From the IMG/VR virus record IMGVR_UViG_3300007351_000024: 43,535 nt of DNA, one strand, 5' to 3'. A model generated the notes under the pieces. That model did no database searches and was not told the origin of the DNA. It was given only the letters and a program-made list of their open reading frames with translations. How positions within the stretch are numbered: position 1 is the stretch's first letter; each line of letters starts with the position of its first letter. A program made the position numbers and the translations under genes. Below are positions 1 to 7,148 of the stretch, in pieces. This DNA comes from a virus.

Positions 1-99
1 TCAGAGATGGCCTATCAAGAAAAGAGTACGGAATATCGGGAATGTGCCAAAAGTGCCAAGATAAAGTCTTTAGTGAATAATTCCCCCCTATAACATCTA
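1..99. repeat. Terminal overlap, copy A. It is identical to 43437..43535, which indicates a circularly closed or terminally redundant genome. Bases 1..80 duplicate the 3' end of the gene at 43331..43516.
   Basis: Base-by-base comparison of both ends gave an exact 99-nt match, 'tcagagatggcctatc...cccctataacatcta'. Confidence 0.9.
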
Positions 100-106
100 T
101 ATACCT

Positions 107-490
107 ATGACAAATAAAGAGAACCAATGTTGTAATGATTGTTGCCCGAAAGATATGGAGGATATTAACGGCGACCGTGTTTTGATTTCAGACCCTTCTT
201 GCATAAATGACACTTGCCCCTGCCACACCGTAGAGAAAGAGGACGGGGGTTGGATAAAAAGGTTCAAGGGACTTTGCTTTCAGTTTGGTTTGGGAGACAT
301 TGGTGAAGCCGCGATGATTGATTACATCTCCAAAGTCCGAGCAGACGCTATTCAGGAAGAACGAGAGAGGATATTGGCGGCAATACCTCAAGAAGATATT
401 AATTTTCTATATCTCTCTAAAGAGAATCGTGAGTTTGCGAAACAACTGCGCCAGTTCATTACCAACCCCACTAACACAAAGGAATCATGA
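107..490 (+). CDS. Hypothetical protein with a Cys-rich N-terminus
   Basis: 127-aa ORF. Its stop overlaps the next start (ATGA at 487-490). The N-terminus reads 'QCCNDCCP...CINDTCPCH'. Confidence 0.55.
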   Translation: MTNKENQCCNDCCPKDMEDINGDRVLISDPSCINDTCPCHTVEKEDGGWIKRFKGLCFQFGLGDIGEAAMIDYISKVRADAIQEERERILAAIPQEDINFLYLSKENREFAKQLRQFITNPTNTKES

Positions 491-822
491 ATTACGAACT
501 AGCAAAGGAACTAAAAGAGGCGGGGTTTCCGCAAGAGGGCAAAGGGGAAATTCTGTTGGGCTGGCCAACGCCGACCACTAACGAGTACACCCGCTCTACA
601 CCTATACGAAAAGAGCCTTTAGACGAGGTATACGTTCCCACCCTAGAGGAGCTTATAGAGGCGTGTGGAAACTCATTTTGCACACTTGGGAGGCCACGAA
701 TTGATAGCAACAAATGGACTGCCTATGCCTATGTGATTCCACACAAAGATTGTATTGCCTCGACCCCCGAAGAAGCAGTAGCCAAATTATTCATCGCATT
801 ACAAACTAACAAAAAACAATGA
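487..822 (+). CDS. Conserved hypothetical phage protein (N-terminus MNYELAKELKEAGFPQ)
   Basis: 111-aa ORF with an ATGA overlap to the upstream gene. The N-terminal 'ELAKELKEAGFPQ' and 'VPTLEELIEACG' resemble a recurrent uncharacterised phage/bacterial family, recalled from memory only. Confidence 0.65.
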   Translation: MNYELAKELKEAGFPQEGKGEILLGWPTPTTNEYTRSTPIRKEPLDEVYVPTLEELIEACGNSFCTLGRPRIDSNKWTAYAYVIPHKDCIASTPEEAVAKLFIALQTNKKQ

Positions 823-858
823 GCTACATTATTAACATTACTAAGTAATAAAATAACT

Positions 859-1179
859 ATGCAATTCAGTCATCAAGGAGATATTTGCTTTCACCCTTTC
901 AAGGGAGAATTAGAAGGCAAGAAATTAAAGCACAAAGGTTCCTACATCGTCGGATATGGAGAAGCTACAGGCCACCACCACACCGTATCAGTTGCCAATC
1001 CAGACGACCTAGAAATCGTACAAGTTGCTGATGGGTACATCATGCGCCTTAAAAGTGAAGGAATCGTGAGGCACCAAGAACACAAGGAAATTAAACTAGC
1101 GCCTGGTACATATCGCATCGGGCACGAGAGAGAAATAGACTACTTTGCTGATGGAATTACAAGGAATGTCATAGATTAG
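859..1179 (+). CDS. Hypothetical protein (His-rich motif 'GEATGHHH')
   Basis: 106-aa ORF followed 2 nt later by the next ATG. The pattern 'HQGD...GEATGHHH...HQEH' recurs in small phage proteins of unknown function. Confidence 0.6.
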   Translation: MQFSHQGDICFHPFKGELEGKKLKHKGSYIVGYGEATGHHHTVSVANPDDLEIVQVADGYIMRLKSEGIVRHQEHKEIKLAPGTYRIGHEREIDYFADGITRNVID

Positions 1180-1181
1180 GT

Positions 1182-2324
1182 ATGAAGAAAATATCCACTC
1201 TCACTAAAGAACAGGAAGCGGCAATCCCCGCATATATCCAGAAATGGATTGATTTAGCATCTGCACCTATTAACCGCGCAAAGGTCAAAGAAATCTTCAA
1301 GAAGATATACGGAGAAGAAAAGATTGTCGTGTTCGGAGAGTCATTCCAAAATACGATTGATTTGATTCGGGTAGCGACTGAAGGAAAGAAATTGGAATAC
1401 GACTCCCAACTCGACTCCCAACTCCGCTCCCAACTCTACTCCCAACTCGACTCCCAACTCGACTCCCAACTCGACTCCCAACTCCACTCCCAACTCCGCT
1501 CCCAACTCCACTCCCAACTCTACTCCCAACTCGACTCCCAACTCCGCTCCCAACTCTACTCCCAACTCGACTCCCAACTCGACTCCCAACTCCGCTCCCA
1601 ACTCCGCTCCCAACTCGACTCCCAACTCCACTCAAAAAATATCAAGTACTCATATTATGTATCCTACTATCTCTACGACTGGGCGGGATACTACGACTAC
1701 ACAGAAAATCTTGGAGTTGAGTATGACAAAGAATCTCTAAAACAGTACTTCGATATTCTCCTCAACATTCCTATAGTTATTTTTATTGGAAACGTTCTTT
1801 TCGTATGCGAAAAGCCGACAGTTCGTTGGAGTAACGGACGACTTCATTCAAGCCAACTTCCTGCAATCGGATGGAAAGATGGGACAGGATTCTACTATCT
1901 CAATAGCGTTAATTTTCCCAAAGATTTGTGGGAGAAAGTTGTCAGTGGAAAGATGCCGTTTGAGGAAATTCTCGCAATCGAAGACATAGACCAACGCACC
2001 CAAGCAATGCGATTCGGCGATGTGAAAGAGTTTATCAAGATAGCAAAAGGGGAGTTGCTCGATGAGCACTACAAGACACGTTTAGATGGCACTAAAATCA
2101 GATACCAACTCTATAAGTTTCCTAAAGGGATTACGATAAAAGACCGCCCACTATTCACAGAAGACGCCTACTACATGATTTACGACGATGTAGTGCCTGG
2201 AAGCGATAAGTGGTACATGAGCGGCGTGCCTGAATACACAACAGTTAAGGACGCGATGTCTTGGAAGTTTTCCATCTCTCCTAAAGAATGGGAATCCCTG
2301 ACTCCAGGTTTAACAATGAATTGA
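1182..2324 (+). CDS. XSQL tetrapeptide-repeat protein with a globular C-terminal domain of unknown function
   Basis: 380-aa ORF. Residues about 74-151 are 19 perfect (D/R/Y/H)-S-Q-L units. The C-terminal half ('[38 protein letters not shown]') looks like a folded domain. Confidence 0.75.
   Translation: MKKISTLTKEQEAAIPAYIQKWIDLASAPINRAKVKEIFKKIYGEEKIVVFGESFQNTIDLIRVATEGKKLEYDSQLDSQLRSQLYSQLDSQLDSQLDSQLHSQLRSQLHSQLYSQLDSQLRSQLYSQLDSQLDSQLRSQLRSQLDSQLHSKNIKYSYYVSYYLYDWAGYYDYTENLGVEYDKESLKQYFDILLNIPIVIFIGNVLFVCEKPTVRWSNGRLHSSQLPAIGWKDGTGFYYLNSVNFPKDLWEKVVSGKMPFEEILAIEDIDQRTQAMRFGDVKEFIKIAKGELLDEHYKTRLDGTKIRYQLYKFPKGITIKDRPLFTEDAYYMIYDDVVPGSDKWYMSGVPEYTTVKDAMSWKFSISPKEWESLTPGLTMN
1401..1634. repeat. 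12-bp in-frame tandem repeat, 19 full units plus a partial one (NNC-TCC-CAA-CTC)
   Basis: Read directly. 'tcccaactc' is invariant in all 19 units. Only the first two bases of the preceding codon vary (gac/cgc/tac/cac). Confidence 0.95.
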
Positions 2325-2351
2325 ATCTTTATCCGATAAACCAAAACAATC

Positions 2352-2744
2352 ATGAGACCTATTCGTTTCAGGGCGTGGGACGGGGAAAAGATGATTGATG
2401 ACTTCGTGTTGGATTGGAGACAGGGATTCATTTGTACTTCGGACGGTAAGTATCACTCATTTGCCCCTACGTCTCCAAATGCAAAATACAAGCTCATGCA
2501 AGCCACAGGATTGTCGGATAAGAACGGAACTCCCATCTTTGAGGGGGATATTGTACGCTACAAAGACCGATGGCAATACCGCGTAGAGTACCGTCCGCCT
2601 TTCTTTCTCATAACATGGGGAGACGAATATCAACCCTTACCAGCATCAAGTGCTGATGATATTGAAATTCTCGGAAACGTCCACGAACATCCCCACCTCT
2701 TATCAAACAGCGGCACTACCAGAGAATCAGATAACACGAAATAA
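2352..2744 (+). CDS. YopX-family protein
   Basis: 130 aa. 'MRPIRFRAWDGEKM', 'LMQATGLSDKNGTPIFEGDIV' and 'ILGNVHEHPHLL' match the YopX signature (IKFRaW / QyTGLkDKNG..IyEGDI / GNIyenPeLL). Confidence 0.8.
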   Translation: MRPIRFRAWDGEKMIDDFVLDWRQGFICTSDGKYHSFAPTSPNAKYKLMQATGLSDKNGTPIFEGDIVRYKDRWQYRVEYRPPFFLITWGDEYQPLPASSADDIEILGNVHEHPHLLSNSGTTRESDNTK

Positions 2745-2747
2745 GGT

Positions 2748-2888
2748 ATGGAGAAAGACGAAATGATAGTTGTAATCATGACTGACATAGAAGAGGCGCG
2801 GCAAATTAAGTCTGCGAATTACCTGAACATTCTACCCGCAGGCGGCCGAGAACACATTATCGAAGCGGCAGAAGAACTTGAAGACTAA
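2748..2888 (+). CDS. Small hypothetical protein (46 aa)
   Basis: The ATG lies 3 nt after the YopX stop (taa-ggt-ATG), which is the typical junction of this genome. It is too short for the ORF track. Confidence 0.35.
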   Translation: MEKDEMIVVIMTDIEEARQIKSANYLNILPAGGREHIIEAAEELED

Positions 2889-2906
2889 CCCAATTCCTCG
2901 CTATAT

Positions 2907-3146
2907 ATGAAAAAGAAAGAAATCAAAGATGAAATAATACAATTGTTTAGGACAAGGAAATTTACCGTTGTAACTCACGACCGAGGTACCTACTCAATAT
3001 ACGTCGGCCATTTTTTTGACTACGAAGACTTACCTGATAAACCCGACTATGAAGTGCATGACGGCGGCTCCGACGATGATGGGTACATCCCTGCTATCGT
3101 GTCTTATATGACGGAAGCTCTCGGCGGTTCGAGTTTGTCTATATGA
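2907..3146 (+). CDS. Hypothetical protein
   Basis: 79-aa ORF with an acidic C-terminal half. An ATGA overlap leads to a following 42-aa ORF. Confidence 0.55.
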   Translation: MKKKEIKDEIIQLFRTRKFTVVTHDRGTYSIYVGHFFDYEDLPDKPDYEVHDGGSDDDGYIPAIVSYMTEALGGSSLSI

Positions 3147-3271
3147 AACCCAATAAAAAGAAGAAAGTACGGAAGGTGAAGGCGTGGGTAATTCCCGACC
3201 GTGATTCTGAAATAACTACAATCATATCAATCGGCACCATTGTTTACACATTACCCCCTAAAAAGAAATAG
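3143..3271 (+). CDS. Small basic hypothetical protein (42 aa, MKPNKKKKVRKVKAW...)
   Basis: ATGA overlap with the upstream stop. Its own stop lies 3 nt before the next ATG (tag-agt-ATG). Confidence 0.3.
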   Translation: MKPNKKKKVRKVKAWVIPDRDSEITTIISIGTIVYTLPPKKK

Positions 3272-3274
3272 AGT

Positions 3275-3592
3275 ATGGCTGATTACCCTACAGAAGAAGA
3301 GTTGAAGAAGATTCAAGAGTGGCCTTGTGAGAATGACGGCTTTTTGAGTTTAGCTGAATACGTCTGTTCCCTTTGGCACTTCTCCGATTGGGCAGAGTTT
3401 AGAGACTGGAAAAAGGATGATTTTGATACTGAATATCGAGAGCTCCGACTTGCTACTGCTGGATGGAGTGGAAACGAGGATATTATCTCGGCACTTTACG
3501 ACAACACCATGTTCCGAATGTTGTGTTGGCAATCCTCTCATAGAGGCGGCCTCCATATCTTCCATATACCAAAATTAAAATCTAAATCCTAA
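3275..3592 (+). CDS. Hypothetical protein
   Basis: 105-aa ORF. 'ATAGWSGNEDIISAL...SSHRGGLHIF' resembles a recurrent phage protein family of unknown function. Confidence 0.6.
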   Translation: MADYPTEEELKKIQEWPCENDGFLSLAEYVCSLWHFSDWAEFRDWKKDDFDTEYRELRLATAGWSGNEDIISALYDNTMFRMLCWQSSHRGGLHIFHIPKLKSKS

Positions 3593-3640
3593 TATGCCCA
3601 ATAAAGAAGAAGGAAAGAGGTGTGATATCAAACTGTAGGT

Positions 3641-3982
3641 ATGCGCATTGCTTTTGATGTTGACGATACTCTTCTAATCCCTAGTGTCGCTTCTGGATTT
3701 GGACGTGATACTCCTAACTATGAAGTAATAGCTATATACAAATGGTTCCAATCCCAAGGGCATACGATGATAATTTGGAGTGGTAGTGGTGTTTATTGGG
3801 CTAAAACATGGGCAGAAAAGTTCGGACTCACAGCTGACGAGTTTCCGGTTAAAGGGAGTGTACCAGTAGACATTGCCTTCGATGATTGCGATGTTGAGCT
3901 AGGAACTGTGAATGTTCGGGTAAAGAGAATTAACAATTCAATCAGCAGGGAAGAGTGGAATCGTACGAAGCGGCCATCATAG
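3641..3982 (+). CDS. Small HAD-superfamily-like protein (putative phosphatase)
   Basis: 113 aa. Motif I is 'FDVDDTL' (DxDxT), motif II is 'IIWSGS' and motif IV is 'IAFDDCD'. The assignment rests on motifs only. Confidence 0.55.
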   Translation: MRIAFDVDDTLLIPSVASGFGRDTPNYEVIAIYKWFQSQGHTMIIWSGSGVYWAKTWAEKFGLTADEFPVKGSVPVDIAFDDCDVELGTVNVRVKRINNSISREEWNRTKRPS

Positions 3983-4352
3983 GTGGTATAATCCCTTTCA
4001 GCACATTCCAGCGGAGGAGAGTTGATGGGGGATTCAATGGGAGCGTGGCGCGGCTTGTTCCCGTGGTAATTTTTTGTCCCCGCGAGTTGAGACCACGGCA
4101 AAAACTCGCATTCCCCACCAACCCTTCTCTTAAAACATGAGAGGAACCTATACACATGTTGGGGAGTATTTTCATCTCTTCGGAGGTGCTCTTTGTTTTC
4201 TCCCCAACAGGTGTGTGGGTTTATCCACAACCCCCACTTGTGAAGATAGCGTGAAGAATTTATACTGTTCGGATATGAGCGTGGGACTCAAAAGTTATTA
4301 TGACTGCACAACTTGCCCACGCTCGTTGTGTGGTCGTAATAATTTTTGATGT
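3983..4352. other. Structured 370-nt region upstream of the replisome-organizer gene. It is a candidate replication origin and/or structured RNA, or alternatively two coupled small ORFs (3955..4140 and 4137..4349).
   Basis: A 10-bp perfect stem (4157-4166 with 4200-4209) encloses the hairpin catctc-TTCG-gaggtg (4173-4188). A 7-bp stem pairs 4279-4285 with 4316-4322. Interleaved inverted repeats are ccgtggt 4061-4067 with accacgg 4092-4098, and gcgagtt 4082-4088 with aactcgc 4103-4109. A perfect DnaA box sits at 4221-4229. Confidence 0.45.
4221..4229 (+). promoter_or_regulatory. Perfect DnaA-box consensus TTATCCACA
   Basis: Exact 9-mer about 125 nt upstream of the replisome-organizer gene. 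The chance expectation is about 0.3 perfect hits per 43 kb on both strands, so its position is what makes it suggestive. Confidence 0.4.
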
Positions 4353-4865
4353 ATGGCACAGAAAAGAATGTTTGACCGTTCAATTGTAGACAATGAACGC
4401 TTTGTCGATATGCCAATGTCCTCAAAAGGACTGTATTTTCTTTTGGGCATGTCTGCAGATGACGAAGGATTTGTGAGTGCGAAAGCGGTATTACGAGTAC
4501 ATGGAGGGACTGATGACGACCTTAATATCTTACTAGCCAAGGGTTTCTGCATCCGTTGTCCAAGCGGAATCATCGTTATTACTCACTGGCGTAAGAATAA
4601 TTGGCTTGATAGCAGGCGTTTAAGGAGAACTGAATACACGGAAGATAAGAAATGGCTCGCATTGACAAGTAATGGCGATTATGTGCTTAGCAACGGCTTA
4701 GCCAGTGTAGAGGAGAGTAGAATAGAAGAGAATAGTAAAGCTACCGCTAAAATACAAAATCCCTTTGAAGGCAGGGAACTCACTAAAGAAGAGAGACTCA
4801 CTAGACTCCGAGAGATTAAGGAAAGTTCGCGTAAGGTTGCCGACTCGAAAAAACTTGACTCTTAA
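4353..4865 (+). CDS. Phage replisome organizer, N-terminal-domain family protein
   Basis: 170 aa. 'KRMFDRSIVDNERFVDMPMSSKGLYFLLGMSADDEGFV...LLAKGFCI...GIIVITHWRKNNWL' matches the Phage_rep_org_N pattern (F..mp.saq.LYfhL.m.ADDdGFv ... I.HW...N). Confidence 0.75.
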   Translation: MAQKRMFDRSIVDNERFVDMPMSSKGLYFLLGMSADDEGFVSAKAVLRVHGGTDDDLNILLAKGFCIRCPSGIIVITHWRKNNWLDSRRLRRTEYTEDKKWLALTSNGDYVLSNGLASVEESRIEENSKATAKIQNPFEGRELTKEERLTRLREIKESSRKVADSKKLDS

Positions 4866-4898
4866 AAGAGACCCATGTGTTTATACACAGAAGGGAGG

Positions 4899-4927
4899 TT
4901 GACAAACCTAACGGCAGGATATAGGAT
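4899..4927 (+). promoter_or_regulatory. Possible sigma70-type promoter, TTGACA-N17-TAGGAT
   Basis: Perfect -35 hexamer, a 17-nt spacer and a TAnnnT -10 that ends 6 nt before the ATG at 4934. Hexamer matches of this kind are common by chance. Confidence 0.2.
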
Positions 4928-4933
4928 AGGGAT

Positions 4934-5338
4934 ATGGAGATACTTATGTTAAGTGTTGGCGGTTTTATGTTATTTATAACTGGTTACAGTTTTGGTGTCG
5001 TAAATAGAAACAGTAATGATGTCATACCGACTATTGTTCCTATGTTTCCTGATTGGCGTTGCGGGTGTGGTTGCGGAGGAAATCAGTGCTACAACTTTCA
5101 CTGCTCATCAAATTGTTCTAAATACAATCGTACTTACCCCATGGAATGGAGAACGGCAAGCGAAGCGATTGCTTACAATAGCGGGGTAAACTTTGGCTAC
5201 GAACAAGGAGAGAAGATTGGATATAAAAATGGGATGTACAAAATGCGCGAGACCTCAAAAGAAGAATTTATTGCAAAGTTCAACGGGGCACTAAAACCTT
5301 TGAGTGAGCTCAAAAAAGAGTTCGGGATTGAACTATGA
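4934..5338 (+). CDS. Membrane-anchored Cys-rich hypothetical protein
   Basis: 134 aa. The N-terminus is hydrophobic ('LMLSVGGFMLFITGYSFGVV') and is followed by 'WRCGCGCGGNQCYNFHCSSNC'. The start could instead be the ATG at 4946. Confidence 0.6.
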   Translation: MEILMLSVGGFMLFITGYSFGVVNRNSNDVIPTIVPMFPDWRCGCGCGGNQCYNFHCSSNCSKYNRTYPMEWRTASEAIAYNSGVNFGYEQGEKIGYKNGMYKMRETSKEEFIAKFNGALKPLSELKKEFGIEL

Positions 5339-5457
5339 AAAATCCTGCCGCAGTAGCTCTCGGAAAAATCCGCACCAAGAAAAAAGCTCGTGCATCTCGT
5401 ATTAATGGGAAGCTAGGTGGAAGACCTAAGAAACCACCCAAGAATAAACAGGTATGA
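5335..5457 (+). CDS. Small basic protein (40 aa, MKNPAAVALGKIRTKKKARASRINGKLGGRPKK...)
   Basis: ATGA overlaps at both ends (5335-5338 and 5454-5457). The 'NPAAVALGK...GG..K' motif recurs in small bacterial and phage proteins. Confidence 0.5.
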   Translation: MKNPAAVALGKIRTKKKARASRINGKLGGRPKKPPKNKQV

Positions 5458-5699
5458 AGAAGGTAAAATCAATCACCATGAATAAACTACATAAGAGTAA
5501 GAAGGTGAAGAGTTGGTATGAATTAGAAGAGTACGAAACCCTTATAGAAAAACCATTCATCTTTGATGCTATCGGGCCGCTAAAGTTAGTTCGTAAGGTG
5601 GGGAAGAAACGAGTTGAGTTTGAGATTCCTATGGCGAAGTTGCTTGATTATGTTTGGTTAATCCCGACACCAGAACTCCCCCCAAGAATAGGTAAATAG
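5454..5699 (+). CDS. Hypothetical protein
   Basis: 81-aa ORF coupled to the upstream gene by ATGA. Confidence 0.55.
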   Translation: MKKVKSITMNKLHKSKKVKSWYELEEYETLIEKPFIFDAIGPLKLVRKVGKKRVEFEIPMAKLLDYVWLIPTPELPPRIGK

Positions 5700-5703
5700 G
5701 TTT

Positions 5704-5964
5704 ATGAAAGAGCTAGATATAAAAATTAAGTTGCCAGCCGAGATAACGGTGCACATGCCAGCTTTAGGTGACATTAGTATTGAAAGTGTCTACGAGGCTA
5801 TAGGCACAAATGGATTAAAACTCTTGCAGGATATTATATTTGATAGGGTGATGGACGCCTTCATTGCTGAACAAGAACCCTTTATAAAGGAAAAGGTGGC
5901 AGAATTACTAGAAGAAAAACGAGATGATTTAAAGAAACTTCTCGCCCCCACACTAACAAGATAA
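5704..5964 (+). CDS. Hypothetical protein (acidic, helical)
   Basis: 86-aa ORF. Its ATG lies 4 nt after the upstream stop. Confidence 0.55.
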   Translation: MKELDIKIKLPAEITVHMPALGDISIESVYEAIGTNGLKLLQDIIFDRVMDAFIAEQEPFIKEKVAELLEEKRDDLKKLLAPTLTR

Positions 5965-5971
5965 GAAATAT

Positions 5972-6130
5972 ATGGACGAAAAAGAGAAAATAGAACTGTT
6001 ATTAAAGCTTGCGGAAATGGAGCGAGACAACAAACCAATTGTTGAAAAAGTAAGCGATGTTGTTGTTGATGTGGTAGAAGCTCCTTTCAAAATCGCTGGA
6101 AGATTATTTGATGATATATTCGGAACTTAG
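5972..6130 (+). CDS. Small hypothetical protein (52 aa)
   Basis: ORF found by hand (MDEKEKIELLLKLAEMERDNKP...). It fills a gap in a tightly packed + strand array. Confidence 0.4.
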   Translation: MDEKEKIELLLKLAEMERDNKPIVEKVSDVVVDVVEAPFKIAGRLFDDIFGT

Positions 6131-6153
6131 CCACCCCAAGAAATAATATAAGT

Positions 6154-6303
6154 ATGGATGAAATTAAAAAAAGGATAGGAATTATCATAAAGTTGTTTGA
6201 GAAAATAAAAGAAGAGAAGTTAGGAACCGAAAACGAATTGCGACTCATTCTTAATGATATGAAGAGGATATCAAATATATTGGAAGCAACCATAAGGAAC
6301 TAG
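6154..6303 (+). CDS. Small hypothetical protein (49 aa)
   Basis: ORF found by hand (MDEIKKRIGIIIKLFEKIKEEK...). The antisense 68-aa ORF at 6087..6293 is low-complexity and judged spurious. Confidence 0.4.
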   Translation: MDEIKKRIGIIIKLFEKIKEEKLGTENELRLILNDMKRISNILEATIRN

Positions 6304-6306
6304 AAT

Positions 6307-6468
6307 ATGAGAAGTAGACAAGAAATATGGAATGGATTTAATTCTGATACCGTGGAACGCGATTTTATTGTTGATGTTTTAGAAGTCTTACTCGACATCC
6401 GCGAACTATTACAAAACCCGCCAAAAGAAATCACAGGCGTACCAAACCAAATAACTACCTATGAGTAA
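6307..6468 (+). CDS. Small hypothetical protein (53 aa)
   Basis: ORF found by hand. Its ATG lies 3 nt after the upstream stop. Confidence 0.4.
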   Translation: MRSRQEIWNGFNSDTVERDFIVDVLEVLLDIRELLQNPPKEITGVPNQITTYE

Positions 6469-6589
6469 GAAGAAAAAAGACCATGATGTATGTTTAGATT
6501 TAAATTGTAAGCGAGAACGATGTTTTTGGCATAGATGGGCGGCGAGACTAAAGATAACAAGGAAAGCTCAAACACCCCATGCTACCTAG
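6461..6589 (+). CDS. Small basic Cys-containing hypothetical protein (42 aa)
   Basis: ORF found by hand (MSKKKKDHDVCLDLNCKRERCFWH...). It overlaps the upstream ORF by 8 nt. Confidence 0.3.
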   Translation: MSKKKKDHDVCLDLNCKRERCFWHRWAARLKITRKAQTPHAT

Positions 6590-6601
6590 ACCAATGAGGA
6601 C

Positions 6602-6919
6602 ATGAAAACATCTCCAACTCAAAGAACCTTAAAAGAACTACGAAAGAGAGGCGTTCCTTGTGCCGTCACGGAGCACTGGAATAGCTTTGCCAAGATACGC
6701 CAAGACCTCTTTGGAATCTTTGACATTCTCTACCTTGAAAACTCGATTGTAGGCGTGCAATGCACTTCAGCAACGAATCATACGGCTCGGGCACTTAAAG
6801 TGCGCCAGAGTCCAATTTTAGGGGCTTGGCATAGTGCTGGAGGTCGAATAGAGGTATGGAGTTGGCGTAAAGTGGCCAAGACAGGAAAATGGGTGTCACG
6901 GATAGAGAAGATAACTTGA
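6602..6919 (+). CDS. Putative PD-(D/E)XK-type nuclease / Holliday-junction-resolvase-like protein
   Basis: 105 aa. 'E..(n)..RQDLFGIFDILYLE...VGVQCTS' resembles restriction-endonuclease-fold motifs (D...D/E.K-like). The function is tentative. Confidence 0.45.
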   Translation: MKTSPTQRTLKELRKRGVPCAVTEHWNSFAKIRQDLFGIFDILYLENSIVGVQCTSATNHTARALKVRQSPILGAWHSAGGRIEVWSWRKVAKTGKWVSRIEKIT

Positions 6920-6923
6920 CACT

Positions 6924-7148
6924 ATGAAAGAAACATGGAAAGAGCACAAAGGATTTAAGGACGAATCACCTCGTCCCATGTACATCCAATTCCCAGACTG
7001 GTGGTATAAGGAGCACAACCTAGAGCCAGTGGAGCTTTGGACACTTAAAAATATTAAGTTAGAGGTTATAGGTAAGTCCAATTTACCTACTTATACACAC
7101 GATGAACTTGACCAAGAAATAGCACAAGATACCATGAAGGGCACATGA
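6924..7148 (+). CDS. Hypothetical protein
   Basis: 74-aa ORF with an ATGA overlap into the GT6 gene. Confidence 0.55.
   Translation: MKETWKEHKGFKDESPRPMYIQFPDWWYKEHNLEPVELWTLKNIKLEVIGKSNLPTYTHDELDQEIAQDTMKGT

Noticed and set aside
1297-1635. Two long minus-strand ORFs (112 aa and 96 aa; GVGSRV... and ELGV... repeats) across the 12-bp repeat
   Set aside because: They are antisense read-throughs of the stop-free tandem repeat inside the 380-aa + strand gene, and they have no independent start context. The array is also not CRISPR-like, because it has a 12-bp period and no spacers.
3793-4230. 145-aa minus-strand ORF spanning the end of the HAD-like gene and the structured region
   Set aside because: It is antisense to a motif-supported gene, its sequence is not protein-like, and it has no coupled neighbours on that strand.
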